Source: Lytechinus pictus (lineage: Eukaryota). Taken from it: a stretch of DNA of 64,000 nt. Positions 38,501 to 51,456 of the stretch are shown in pieces (positions within the stretch are counted from its first letter, which is position 1; each line of letters opens with the position of its first letter). The stretch covers positions 10,292,001 to 10,356,000 of the forward strand of contig NC_087248.1 of assembly GCF_037042905.1 (NCBI RefSeq), written 5' to 3'. The position numbers and the translations under genes are program-made. The notes under the pieces are model-generated. The model was not told the DNA's origin. It was given only the letters and a program-made list of their open reading frames with translations, and did not search any database.

Positions 38501-41500
38501 TGGGGGGGGGGTTGAGAAAATATGAGAGAATATGTGAAATTGCTGGGTTGATGCCCTTCGCTTTTTCATGAAATATATATATATATATATATATAAAACA
38601 CATAGTATTAGATTTTTTTCCGAATTTAATTTCTCTTATTTTTTTCAGGAGTGACAAATTACCTAAGCTGGATGAAGTACGTCCCTTTCAGCGGGTACCA
38701 TGAACTGGGGAACGCCGTCAAACAACTGGAGAATGGTCTCTTCACCGGAGAATGCGAAGAACATCAAAGAACCTTCGATCCAAGCAGGGATCCCCGTGAT
38801 CTTATCGATGCCTTCCTCCTTGAGATGCACAAGAAAGAAGAGGAGAGGGCGAATAATAACGGAGAGCTTCTGGCTCCGACGGGTTTCAGCCGGGAACAGT
38901 TACTGCATTTCATAGGGGATATTTTTGCAGCGGGGACAGATACGACAGGTACGCCTTGGTTCCTCTCCATGGCCCTGGGAAGCGGGGGTGCTGGGGGTGT
39001 TGCGTGTACTATTCACACCAAGCACCCCCGCTTCCCTGGAGATGGGTTAAGTATGCTTAATAGGATATGTTTAATTAAAATCAGCTTCATTCTTATTGTA
39101 TCGAAACCCTTTTTTTTCTTGTTGAATTTCTCGTGACCAAACTTCATTTTGTAGTGAAAGCTTTTTTTCGATCTTACATCTCCATTATTCGTTTCATGTT
39201 GATAATTATTCGTCATATGGTATGACCTCGTACTATTTACTTTTTCTATTTGTAAATAAGAGCAGGGGATTTAGTATCAGTGGCGGTGTCACACATTTTA
39301 TGTGCACGTGAATATTTTTTAGAACAAACTTTTCTTCTCCTTTGTATTGATCATTGGTTTAATTATTATGTATGGGGGATCTTACTGGTCAATTCCGCCC
39401 AACTAAGCTACTATAGCAATAATTTTATTAGTATATCTAGAAAAAAAAATAAAAAGCCCAAATTTGAAAATTCCCAGACGTAGGATGTAAAATAAGAAAG
39501 TTTGTTTAATTGACAATCTGTAAACTGCACAACATCTTTTGTATGATATCGTATGACACTATTGTAACACATCATTAGATTAATTGTAGCATGGTATTGT
39601 TCTGTTCTATCGCCCATATATTCTGAAACCCTGTCCATCAAAGACAATGTAGGTATAACTCTAAGCTAAAATTAGGCGTATGTGAAGCTACAAATTTCAA
39701 GTTCAGAAATCATGATTGATAAAAGCATCTGATTGGATACATTGAACCTCTACTATTGGTGGAGGGGTCACGATTGGTTATTCATAATTAAACTAAGACT
39801 TTAGGTTATAGGGTTTGAATTAACCCCGAGTTCAGAATACGGGGATTTGGGTATACATTGTATTTAAATGAAAAGTTTACTTGATATCTTTAAAAAATAT
39901 ATGAAGAAAAAACATTTACTTTCGATTTTAATGATAGTTATAGATACATAAGTGCGTATCACATTGTCGTGGAAGCAACTGAAGTAAAATAATTGTAATA
40001 TCATATTTCCCATTAAAAATGATATCTGATTTTGGTGAAAATATAGTTATTTAACCTGATTTGTTTCTGTCTAAACAAATCAACTTGTTGGTATCCTTTA
40101 ACTTAAATTTATTCTAATAATATTGTGAATAATGCATGTTATAATCCTACGTACTAACACCATTCTTTTGTTTGTATATGCAACGCAGCTTCGTCTTTGA
40201 AATGGACTTTCCTTCATCTGATCAAATATGAAGATGAGCAACGTAAGATGCAAGAAGAAATTGATCGTGTTGTAGGACGGGACAGATTACCAACCCTAGA
40301 AGATAGACCAAGTCTACCGTACACCCAGGCATTCTTAACAGAAAGTTTGCGACGCGGAAGCCCTGGACCACTAGGTAACGTTCGTTTCACATATTTTTAT
40401 TCGCTATATTGGTACTAGTATGCCCTAGTAGTAGAAGTGGTAGTAGCAGTATAGTAGAAGTATTAGTAGTAGAAGTGCATAGTAGTAGTAGTAGTAAAAG
40501 TATGGTAGAAATAGTAGTGGTAGAAATAGTAGAAGTAGTAGTAGTAGTAGTAGTGGTAAAAGTATGGTAGAAATAAAACTGGTAGAAATAGTAGAAGTAG
40601 TAGTAGAAGTAATAGTAAAAGTATGGTATAAATAGTAGTAGTAGCAGTAGTAGTAGCAGCAGCAGCAGCTGCTACTTCTAAAAATATTTTTTGTCTATCC
40701 GAAATAATGTGTAAATATGTATAGGCAAATATTGTCCTTATATTGTCCGATCGCATAATGAATGTCAATGACGTGTATCATATTACTGAGGGCATATTCC
40801 CGCAGAAATTGCAAAAATTCTTCAAACATAAAAAACGACAATCCAAGATTTTATTTGAAAAAATATACATGTATACATGATTTTAAATCATGAATATTCA
40901 TGTGTGATTATTTGGTTTTGATAGGGATTGGTTTATCTTTTTAGAACTATAGAGGTCAGAAAGTTTTGCTGTGCGATTTTGATATTAGAGGCAGAGAACA
41001 TGTTTAAAGGACAAGTCCACCCCAACGAAAAGTTGATTTGAAAAAAGGAGAAAAATCCACCAAGCAAAACACTGAAAATTTCATCAGAATCGGATGTAAA
41101 ATAAGAAAGTTATGACATTTTAAAGTTTCGCTTAATTTCACAAAACAGTTATATGCACACTCTGGTCGGTATGCAAATGAGGAGACTGATGACCTCACCC
41201 ACTCACTATTTTTTGTATTTTATTATATGAAATATTCTAATTTTCTCCTCGTCAAGTCAAACAAAGTTTTATTTCTCCCTGAACTGTGGAATTACCATTA
41301 TTTTAACAGTTTATGGTTAAATTAAGTTGGTCCTTATTGTCAAATCTGTAAAAATTGAAATATTGTATTATTCAAACAATAAAAAACAAAAGAAATAGTG
41401 AGTGAGGGACATCATCGATTCTCTCATTTGCATATCGCTGAGTTGTGCATTTAACTGTTTTGTGGAAAAAAACGAAACTTAAAAATGTCATAACTTTCTT

Positions 41501-42647
41501 ATTTTACATCCGATTTCGATGAAATTTGCAGCGTTTTGTTTGTTTGATTTTCTCTATTTATTCAAATCAACAATTTTCTCGGGTGGACTGGACCTTTAAG
41601 TTAAGATATGCTATTCTCAGTGTAAAAAAAGATACTGTTAAATTTATATTAATTAATATCACTCCGCAAAGTTGTCAGATATTGGTTTATTAAATCAACC
41701 TTATCATCAGCATAACGGCTATATTCTGACGAAGACTTAGTGTAGAAAAAGCAGATAAATTAATTTATTTATTCACTGTACACATGTATAAGGAAAATAT
41801 CGACAATCATATGGCCTTAAAATACCGTTAGGAAATAATAAACATAATTTCAGTCATATAATTTGCGTTCTATTAATTTTTAAGTGTTACTTTAATGGAA
41901 AACGTCAACATTTTGTGCGTATTTCAATGTTGAGATGAAATGAAATGGTGATAGCACCTATCCCTAGGGGACGCATAAAGAAATTCTTATCTTTCTATCT
42001 CCTTATGATAGGTGTGCCGCATGGGTCTAAAGAAGATGCGAAATTTCGTGGCTTCGACATCCCCAAAGGGACCGTGGTCATCGCGAACCTTCAAGCTGTG
42101 CTCCATGATCCAAATGTGTTCCCAGAACCACAAAAATTCAACCCATCCCGTTACCTAGACGACCAAGGCCAGCTGAAGACGTCGCTAGTGGAACGGGCAC
42201 GTTCTCAGTTTGGAATAGGTGAAGTACTTGCCTGTTATGTAATAGATCGAAGTTATTCCAATGTATGCTACTTGTTTGTTTTTATTGATATGCTTGATTT
42301 TTTTCTATGTTCCAATCGATTTTCACCCCCCCCCCCTTACCATCAGTATCAAATTCATTGTAAACATATGTATGTTTGATAATTGTGAAACTTATCTCTG
42401 AAAACGGGTTTCCATTTTTGTGGGACGCACTGTATATTGATAAGTTAATACCTTCTCATGTCTTCCAGGGCGTAGACATTGCGTTGGATCGGACATGGCC
42501 ATGATGGAACGGTTTATATTGGTGTCCAACCTTACCCATCGCTTCAACGCCAGGGCGCCACAAGGACCAGACTCGGTAAGCCTTGAGCCAAGGAGCGGAC
42601 TGACCTACATCCCCATGCCATTTGAGATAGAACTTACACAGCGATAG
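35524..42647 (+). CDS. Cytochrome P450, clan 2 (CYP2-like), six coding exons, ~510 aa
   Basis: Exons 35524-35875, 38034-38342, 38649-38948, 40189-40374, 42012-42218 and 42469-42647 sum to 1533 nt with an open frame; TM anchor + PPGP, WKEQR, AGTDT, ESLR, FNPSRY, heme motif FGIGRRHCVG. Confidence 0.93.
36918..37074. mobile_element. Short palindromic MITE (PIF/Harbinger-like) in CYP intron 1
   Basis: GGGGCCCGTTTCATAAAG...TATGGCAACTACTATGG / CCATGGTAGTTGCCATA...CTTTATGAAAAGGGCCCC. Confidence 0.65.
40425..40672. repeat. (TAG)n/(CAG)n microsatellite
   Basis: Direct reading. Confidence 0.85.
41008..41595. mobile_element. Kolobok-type MITE (TTAA TSD) in CYP intron 4
   Basis: TTAA|AGGACAAGTCCACCCC ... 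GGGGTGGACTGGACCT|TTAA. Confidence 0.9.
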
Positions 42648-43703
42648 TCTCAACTCTAGATAAACAGAGACTCCGACTCTTTCGCTTTCGACGGGTTCTT
42701 GGGGTTGGAGTCTCTATTATCATCTACGGCTTTTCTCCCCAAAATGTGTCGGCATTTGTCATCGATGTGCCCTAATGAATTTAAAACGTCATTCGGTGAT
42801 CACGGCAAGGGTCAGGAAGACAGCTTGTTGAATGGGAGGGAGGGATGAGATAGGGGATGAGAAAATAAGAGACTTCGCCAACCACAATGGACTGTTACTA
42901 TCAGAATTTATGTACAAATAAACCGATACAGAGTGACACGCGACCTAAATTTCTCCCTTAGTTCATGTTGATGGTTATTTTCTAGAGGTTTAATATTTTT
43001 CCTCCTGATTATCATTATCATAGAAGTCTTCATTTAGAGAGAAGACGAAAACGGAAAATAACATGATAAAGATTAATGAGTTCGTCGTGTTTTCTTTTAA
43101 TTTTGAAATTATTTTTACAGAGGGATTTCAAAAGTTTATCACTATGATCAATGCTAGTTTCTGACGAAGGAATAATGCTATATAAAACCATTCTTCACAA
43201 TTGTAGCAATCCAGACTGCATTTTAATGCCAATTAGGCCTAATAAAATTAATTACCAGACTGTATATTCTAAAATATATTCACCTTTGGTCATAAAGGTA
43301 TAAATACTCTCTAGATGTACATGGTTGTATCTGATCTAACTTTACTTGCTTTTTCATATCGTACTTTGTATATTTATCAATGTGTATTGTCTAATTGATT
43401 ATTTTTCTTATTTTGTTAAAAGAAATCAATCAACTTTATCATCAATTGTGCATTATTGAATTATCGCTGATGTAGTTTACGGTAGACCATGTGGAGTGTT
43501 ATAGAAACAGTGGATATAATAAGAAAAAGGAAATGGATAGGCGAGAAAGTGGAGATTTGAGAGTAGAGTATTCTTTCTTGAATAGTCGTAAAAAGAACTG
43601 TAAACCAGAAGAGATTGATGAGTTGAAACACAGCTTGAGTAGCAGGGTGGATGAGGAGATGCTGGCTTGAGTCGGCGAGTAGAGATGATGAGTAGAAGCA
43701 GTA

Positions 43704-43746
43704 GACTGGACGTTTCGGGCAGGTTGACTGTCCGTCTTCAGGAGTG
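43704..43746 (-). ncRNA. Minimal type I hammerhead ribozyme motif, probably from a Penelope-like remnant (~43460-43760)
   Basis: Minus strand ACTC-CTGAAGA-C-GGACAG-TCAAC-CTGCCC-GAAA-CG-TC-CAGT. Confidence 0.6.
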
Positions 43747-43786
43747 AATTGAATTATCGAATTAATCAAATGTACTTGTAAACCTG

Positions 43787-44243
43787 GGTTACACTTCGTA
43801 ATTCCGAAGGTTCTTTATTCCGAAGGTTCGTAATTCCGAAACACGTAAATTGCCTATACCTCGATGTTCGTTAATCCGAAAACGTAAAAGGGTTCATTAA
43901 TCCGAACATTTGTGGCGTTATTCCGAAAGTTCGTTATTTCGAAGGTTCGATAATCCGAAAACGAAATAAGGTTCGATGTTCCGAAGGTTCGTCAATCCGA
44001 AAACGAAATAAGGTCCGTTGTTCCGAAGGTTCGTTAATCCGAAAACGAAATAAGGATCGTTTTTCCGAAGGTTCGTTAGTCCGAAAACGAAATAAGGTTC
44101 GTTAATCATTAGTTTTCGGACTAACGAAACTTCGGAATTACGAACCTCACTTCGTTTTCGGACTAACGAACCTCCGGAATTACGAACCTTCGGAATATCT
44201 GAACCTTCGGAATAACAAAGCTTCGGAATTACGAATGTATGCG
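43787..44243. mobile_element. Foldback MITE with internal CCGAAGGTTCG repeats and 9-bp TSD (Mutator-like)
   Basis: TSD GTAAACCTG (43778-43786 / 44244-44252); TTCGTAATTCCGAAG ... CTTCGGAATTACGAA inverted ends. Confidence 0.75.
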
Positions 44244-45549
44244 GTAAACCTGTTTACTTTGAACTCGCCTCGCGGTTCTTCTGTTGAAATATAATGTAAT
44301 ATAATGCCTCATAAAATATTGAAAAATCCACCAGTAATCAAATTCATGCCACAATATCTCATAAGAAACAAAACGAATACACTTTGTTTCCAAGCACTAG
44401 TGCTCGTAATCGAGCTGTTTCTTGGGGAAAATTGTGGCATCATGATTATAATTGCTGGCGGATTTTTAAATATTTCATGAGGCATATATAACAAGACTAT
44501 AACACTTCTCTAAATGTTGCAATCTGGATGAGAATCCGGGATCAATACGACATGTTTGAATGGTTGCGGTCTATTAATTATGTTTTTTATATGTCTGTGA
44601 TATAATAACAATAATAACAACTGTAAAACACACGGTAGCCACTCAAGCTATCACTTAAATTCCATCAGTAGGCCTATACATCCTGCCTAACATAGCACTT
44701 TCAACAAAAGAATGACGAGGTGAGTTGAAACTAAAACGTTTGACAAGTATACTTTTGATTAATTGATAATGCAAAATTGTAGATAAAGTTGATTGACTTC
44801 TTTTAACAAAAAAAAATCACAGTTAGTTCAGTAGGGGAGACCGGGGACAATATTGTAACTCATTCCAAGCAGAAAATAAGGTACAAAGACAAGCTGTGAA
44901 CAGAGCATGCGCATTTCACCGCTCCACATGCTGTTTGGGTGTAAGCAAATTTAAAGGTTCGTGGAGCTTTCTACAGCAAATTCATCGTGTTTAGGGCAGG
45001 AAAGTCACATCTCACATTGACATTACCTTGTGTTTTTTTTTGTTCAGGACAAATATGTATGCCTAATTGAGCTATAGCTAAACATCTTTTTATATGTTTA
45101 GAAAATATGTTCTTAGACCTGTATTTGGGCTAATCTTTCAACGACAAATGCTAAAAAGGTAAAATGAAAAAAAAAAAAAATTCCAAATGTGGCTGCCCTC
45201 CTCGGGGGCAGATGCATGTTACAATTGCCCCTAGCACTTTATAAACTCTTGAAAATAAAGTTCAGAAAAGAGAATTGCATAATTTTGAACATATCTGTCA
45301 ATCATGTAATTTGTTTACAAAGAAAAAGTAGCTTTAGAAATAAGATCTACATAACTTTGAACATGTTTGTCAAATTTGTTTGTTACAGAGCAAAATATGG
45401 ATTTTTTCCAATAAAATTTGCGTATTATTTGTTTCACTGTAATCAGAGCCTTCAGTGTTTTTTACTCAGAACAAAACGCTTAAACAACAAAGAAATGCTG
45501 TGGAAATAAAATAATAGATTTTAAAAGGAGCGTAGCTCTCAAACATTAA

Positions 45550-45745
45550 AGGTAGAATAGACTCACACTTTTCGTCAGTGCCAATCATGTGACCAAAAAA
45601 GAGAATTCAAAATCCGTTCTTGAAACAGTCGTACAAAACACCTAAAGCACTTTTTTTTCACGACTCTTTCAGAAACGGATTTTAAGTTCCGGCTCTTCTT
45701 TTTTTGTCACATCATGGGCACTGGCAAAGAGTTTGACTTTACCTT
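45550..45745. mobile_element. Short degenerate palindromic MITE
   Basis: CAGTGCC..TGTGACCAAAAAAGAG..AAAATCCGTT..GAAACAGTCGT mirrored by ACGACTCTTTC..AACGGATTTT..TTTTTGTCACA..GGCACTG. Confidence 0.55.
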
Positions 45746-45881
45746 CCATTTTTGAAAGCTACGCTTCTTTTAAAATGTATGATTTTATTTTTAATATATC
45801 TCCAAGCGGTGAACCTATATCCCCCCATCCACTTGAATAATATGACGTCATGGATTTAGGCCCATGTATATGTATTCGTGT

Positions 45882-47370
45882 CACTGGCGTAAATCCGTGT
45901 TGATGGGTGGGGGGGATGACTGAAATATTTTGGCATTTTTTTGCAATCATGTTTTTAGATATGCAAGGAATTGTCATTGATATGTCCACAGTGGCGTACC
46001 GTGGGTCACGGCATTGGGGGGGCACCAGCAAATTTTTTGAATCACTGAGTGAGTGCGCTAGTGAGCGCGCGAAGCGCGCTCAGTTGCCAGTTTATACTGA
46101 CCTAATAGAGACATTTTAAGGACAATGTCATTAAACGGATATGTATCTCACTGATCAAATAATGCGAGCGCGAAGCGCGAGCTGAAATTGTTTATATTCA
46201 CACCTAAAAAGGGACATTATAATCAAATTTGTGTAATTATGATAGGTACCTGTCTCGCTAAACAATGCGAGCGCGAAGCGCGAGCTGAAAATTTAGATAA
46301 TTCAGACCTGAAGTGGGGCATTCTAAGGTTTCTTTGTAGGAATTAACTAGGACCATACGTATTTTATTAACCAAGTGATGCGAGCGCGAAGCGCGAGCTG
46401 AAAATTTTTGATATTCAGATCAGAAGAAGGGACATTTTAAGGACTGATTTTGGGAATTCATGAAGAGCAGACATATCTCACCAATCCACTAATGCGAACG
46501 TAAACACGGACAGGAAATGTTTTATATATACGAAGACCTTAACATGGGGCAATCACTTTTTGAGACATGAAAAAGAAGCATATATGTCACTACATAAAAC
46601 AATGATAACTCAAGTGCTAGGAAATATATTTGGTTTGTATTGACTTGAAAACGGGATGTTTTAGTACAACAGGATTATATATCTCGTTAAACAGACAGTG
46701 CGAGCACCAGGAACAATGAAGACGTAGGCCCTGGGCAAATCATAAAGTTATGATAAAAATGCTTCTTATGTAATGTAACATAACATAATTATGATATAAT
46801 ATATTATAATGAATAATATTTTCTTCTTTCACTATGTTTTTCTTCCTTTCTCCCTCTTTTCCCCCTTTCCCCGTTTTTTTTTTTTTTTGGTCAGCCGATG
46901 GGGGGATGTGCCCCCCATGCCCCCCGTAGTTACGCCACTGTATGTCCATATGGCAAATACCCCTCCAATATTATTTTCTTTTTTACCCCATGATGGTTTA
47001 ATGGTTTTATTAGAGATTACATTCATATTTTTTTGACATTCCATCTTAATCCCTTCCCAAAGACCCTAACATTGATGAATTGGAAGAAACGGGGGTTTGT
47101 CTTCAATATTATAATAAGGACATAAGTATTTTGTTTGGAAATGGTGAACTGGCTCTTTATTTGCATTTTATGATTAAATAATATTGTTTTATTTGTTAAG
47201 CGGTATTTTAGGAAGAATTTTCACCAATAAAACAATTATCTCTTGTGATTTTTTTTTCATTTCTTTCGTAAAAAGTGGGGGTGTTTGTACAGGCCATCCC
47301 CCCCCCCCTCCTCGAAAAGTGGGGGGATATATCCCCCCCCCCATCCCCCCCCCCGGGATTTACGCCAGTG
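45882..47370. mobile_element. hAT-type MITE (outer element)
   Basis: CACTGGCGTAAATCC ... GGATTTACGCCAGTG; 8-bp TSD ATTCGTGT (45874-45881 / 47371-47378). Confidence 0.9.
45989..46940. mobile_element. hAT-type MITE (inner element, family of 7813-9008)
   Basis: CAGTGGCGTA ... TACGCCACTG; 8-bp TSD TATGTCCA. Confidence 0.92.
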
Positions 47371-47430
47371 ATTCGTGTGTTTACTGAATAATCTCGTGAA
47401 AAACACGCACACTGTCAGTTCCTGGATGTA

Positions 47431-47506
47431 CCACTAGAGGGAGCACACTCGTTTGATCAGATATAATTATGCAAATCATACTTTATTGTTCATAGTGGGG
47501 AATTCC
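47431..47506 (+). promoter_or_regulatory. TRIM proximal promoter motifs: CTCF-like, octamer, NF-kB-like
   Basis: CCACTAGAGGGAGC (47431-47444), ATGCAAAT (47469-47476), GGGGAATTCC (47497-47506). Confidence 0.5.
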
Positions 47507-47666
47507 AAAGTTGTATTGATAATGGGAGTGGACATTTCCAACACGATTGTTTTGGGGTTATGTAGGACATATGCCGCCATTTTCTTCTCATCTGACATTT
47601 TGCATTATACTATTCGTGGTATTCTTTAAGCTATATAGTTGAAGAGAATTTCCACATGCTATTAAA

Positions 47667-50650
47667 ATGGCGGCAAAGGCTGTGGAAAAACTCAATCGCG
47701 AATTGGACTGTGCTGTTTGCATAAACACCTTAAAGAATCCTAAATCCTTATCTTGTGGACATTCTTTTTGCGAAGAATGCCTGAAACAATGTGGTCAAGT
47801 TCGCCCGGGTGCGATCAAGTGCCCCATGTGCAGAGAAACAATTACCCTTCCAGTGGATGGTGTGTCAGGTCTGAAGTCAGATCCACTGATCAGCAGGGTC
47901 ATCGAAGTTCTAGAGGCTAAGAAGAACTCGACCGAAATAGCCTGCGACGCCTGTGGGGACAGCGATTTGATTCTGACAACGTATTGTAGAGATTGTCTCA
48001 ATTTCATCTGCGACTCATGTGCATCTTCTCATTCAAGAATGAAAATATTAATGAAAGATCACCGCCCAGTACCCCTGGAGAAAATCGTCAACGGTTCGGT
48101 AAAAATCAAATGGATCGAAGAGGGTATGTGGAGAAAGGAAAACGAGTGCGACGAACACATAGGTGAGGTACGGAGATTCTTCTGCAGGACATGTAAGAAA
48201 CGCATCTGCAGAGACTGCATTGTTCTTGACCACACCAGACCTGACCATGACTGCACAACAGTGCAAAATATGTTCCTGGAAACACAGGAGAAAATGAAAG
48301 ATCGTCTGGAGAGTTGTCAAAGAAAGCAAGAATCTGTTCAGGCCATGCTCAGTGACGTGGAGAAAAAGGAAACAGAGATAAACCAGCAGATCCATACCCT
48401 CAGAGAAAATATTCGGGACCTCAAAGCAAAGGCTGTAGTGAATATGAACAGAACTGAAGAGGAGCTCCTTCAGAATGTTGAAGCATTCAAGGGAAAGCTC
48501 AATCTCAAACTGAAAGCTTTCAAGGGCAATTTGAAAACATCTACAGAAATACTGACAAGTTTACAAATAAAAGCTAATGACATCATTTCAGCAAAGCAGG
48601 TGACCGACCTCTCGAGGGGCCCTTTCTTGCCCGAGGATGTTCTTAAAGAACTCGAAGAGGAGATTGCGTCAGAAGTCACTATGACAATTTTTAGGGATCT
48701 CCTGGCTTTAAAAGGTACCCTGGTTCAAGGTCCTAATTTTCCGACACCAGTATCGCCGTTTGCGGTGTTGTTATTGCCGCCCATTTGGCAAGAGAGACGG
48801 ATGTTTCCTATTCCTAATAAAGACATAGTGAAAATCTCATGTGACGGAAATTCTCTATACGTTGCCTGCAAGAATGGTATTTACAAGAAACTGTTGTCTC
48901 GCGAAGCTGAATCGTCAACCTGGATGAAGCTAAACCAAGAAGTCATCAAACAGGTGGTAGATATGGCTATATCAGTGGAAAACAGGACACTATCTGTCCT
49001 TGTTGAGACAATCGCAGGTGATACGAAATTCTTCCGATTGCAGCTGGATGCATTTTCCAAATCCAATCAAGTCTTCCTCAGTGCAAGTTCGTCGATATCA
49101 GTCTCGTCATGTCAACTCAACAATAACGCCCGGATTGCTGTTGGTTTCCAATCTCGTGTGGTCATTACTGACAACAATCCTATGGACGATCAAGTTCATA
49201 GCGAACCAGAAAATCCTGCTCGTTCGCCATTTGGGAAACATGCAAACACGAATTTTGCTTCATTCAACTTCCAGATCCCTAGCATGGACAGGTCGCAATC
49301 TCCCTTTGGCGAAGCTCGGAGTTCACCTAAATTTCGTCAACCAAGTACAACCAAAAGTTCTTCAAATTTTTCATTTAGTCAACCTGGTCATGTTGGTCAA
49401 GGTACTAAGAGTTCATATGTACTCCCTACGTTCGGTCGAGTAAATACAGGTAGGCATATTACATTCTCAGTCATGCACTTGTAAATTTGTACTTGCAAGT
49501 TGTAAATAAAAGAATGAGTTGATTCTTTCATAAAGAATATATTTGTCTAAAATAACAGTTTCATTTGAATCAAAATCTAGAATCAAAATCTCATTTAGAG
49601 AGATGAGATGTAGGCCTGATAGTCTATCATAGTCACGAGCGGTATGTCTTTTGTTTACTAGCCATATCAGGCAAAGTAAATAAACCTTAATTATTTTTTT
49701 TTCATAATTCAAAGGTTGGCCTGATGTTGATGAAAAAACATAAAGCATAAAGTTTGATGGAGTTTCTTCTATAGTTTATGTGACTCATTAAGGAGGAATC
49801 GGAGAAGGGCATATTAATTGTTCCGTAGTTTGTGATTACAAATTGTTGTACCATATTCCAAGCATATTCTGCTTTATTATCCTCACTATTTTATTTCATA
49901 TTTATATTTCATAATTGAAATGAATAGTCAAGTGTTAATAAAATATCCCTTGCAATTTAATAGTTAGCGTAAGCATTTATTAGTCAACACCCCCACCCCC
50001 CCCCCCCCCGTTCCATTATCATAGGGTTCAAGTTATCTCCCACCGATTCAGGAACGAAACACAAAACGGCTTCACAGGAAATAGAGAGCAAAGCAGGTTC
50101 TGGATCATCCATTCTTACGACGTCAATTACTGTCTATCAGGGTCGCTCTAAGAAACAGGTCAAAGGTTTCTCGTTCGGCAGCACTCTACTTCCTTTGGCA
50201 GATCAAGAGTTCGATAATTTCAAGGTGCCTATTGAGAGGGTTAAAAGTCTTGCAGCCACCAAGTCAGGTCAGTTGGTGTTCCTCCGAGGGGATAAGAAAG
50301 CCGTCATCATCACTTATTACAATGGTACAATACAGCAAGAAATCAAGGAACCGGGAAGGATGTACCTGTCCATCTCCTGCACAGAGAGTGACGCCCTCTA
50401 CGTTCTATCCGCCAGCTGGGGCAGCCACACCATTACGCTCACTAAGCATTCCCTGAATGATGGTCGTGTTCTTGAGTACATCATCGACGAGCTCGATGTA
50501 TCAGCAGATTTCAAGTCAGAAGACTGGCCAGTAATTGCTAACCATGGAAATGACCTCGTGGTCATCAATATAGGCAAGGTGATTCGTGTCTTTTCAGCAA
50601 AAGGGGATATAGTAGATGGCGATGACGGATATCCAATCGAGGGTAACTAA
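47667..50650 (+). CDS. TRIM E3 ubiquitin ligase (RING, two B-boxes, coiled coil, degenerate NHL/beta-propeller-like C-terminus), ~802 aa
   Basis: Exon 1 47667-49449 (CAVC...CGHSFCEEC...CPMC; CDAC...C..C..FIC..C...H; C.EH...FFC..C...IC..C....H), donor G|GTAGG; exon 2 50025-50650 in phase 1 stays open into the 50195-50650 ORF. Confidence 0.9.
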
Positions 50651-51284
50651 CCTGCACGAATCGCAAACCTTATGAAATTGCAACGTCCGAAATGTCATGG
50701 ATGTGGAGATTATATTATTATTATCATAATTATTAGTTTATCTCGGATTCAACGTAGACATATATGTCCGTCATGTCTATCGCTCCATACCTACATAAAA
50801 TGATGTAAATGAATAACTCATTTGGTTAATTGATTCAATAATTTTGTATGTAATACAATCAATAAATCTTCAAACAGACAAGTAAAAGACTTAATTTTCG
50901 CCTATATTTTTTCTGCGTAAATTTCTGCTGCTTTAAAGGTGCTTTATATTCAAATCATGCATATAAGAATATTCTAGAGTTTAAGTTGAAAGTAACCAAA
51001 ATTTATTGCAGTGCAAGATGTTAAACATGATGGAGAAAATAAGTTTGTAGCATTACCAAAATTAGTCAGACTGTCATTGTTAAGAGAGAAATGTTCTTAT
51101 GGATAAAAATGTCAGACTTCAACGACTTTTTCTGCACTAGATCGTGAGTACATCATCTGATTTTGGGTTGCAACTTTTTATATTTCAGTTAAAGACTCAG
51201 TCTGGCCATTTTATACAGTATCTACCCAAATAAAACTTATTTAAATTACTCTTTAAGCATGTTAAGTTTGAAGGCCTCATCAAT

Positions 51285-51456
51285 TCTTACTGATTTCTAT
51301 ATTCATTTATGTTAATGTATAAATGTAAATATGCACATGATTAATTGTTGTTGTGAATGTTGTCTATTATTCTTACTGATTTCTATATTCATTTATGTTA
51401 ATGTATAAATGTAAATATACACATGTTTAATTGTCGTTGTGGTTGTTGTCTATTAT
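51285..51456. repeat. ~86 bp tandem duplication
   Basis: TTCTTACTGATTTCTATATTCATTTATGTTAATGTATAAATGTAAATAT... occurs twice. Confidence 0.85.

Noticed and set aside
43918-44109. Repeat protein (YFVFGLTNLRN)n
   Set aside because: Translation of internal MITE repeats
49450-49484. TRIM ending at 49484 with a separate 151-aa gene at 50195
   Set aside because: The phase-compatible GT-AG intron 49450-50024 joins them into one frame
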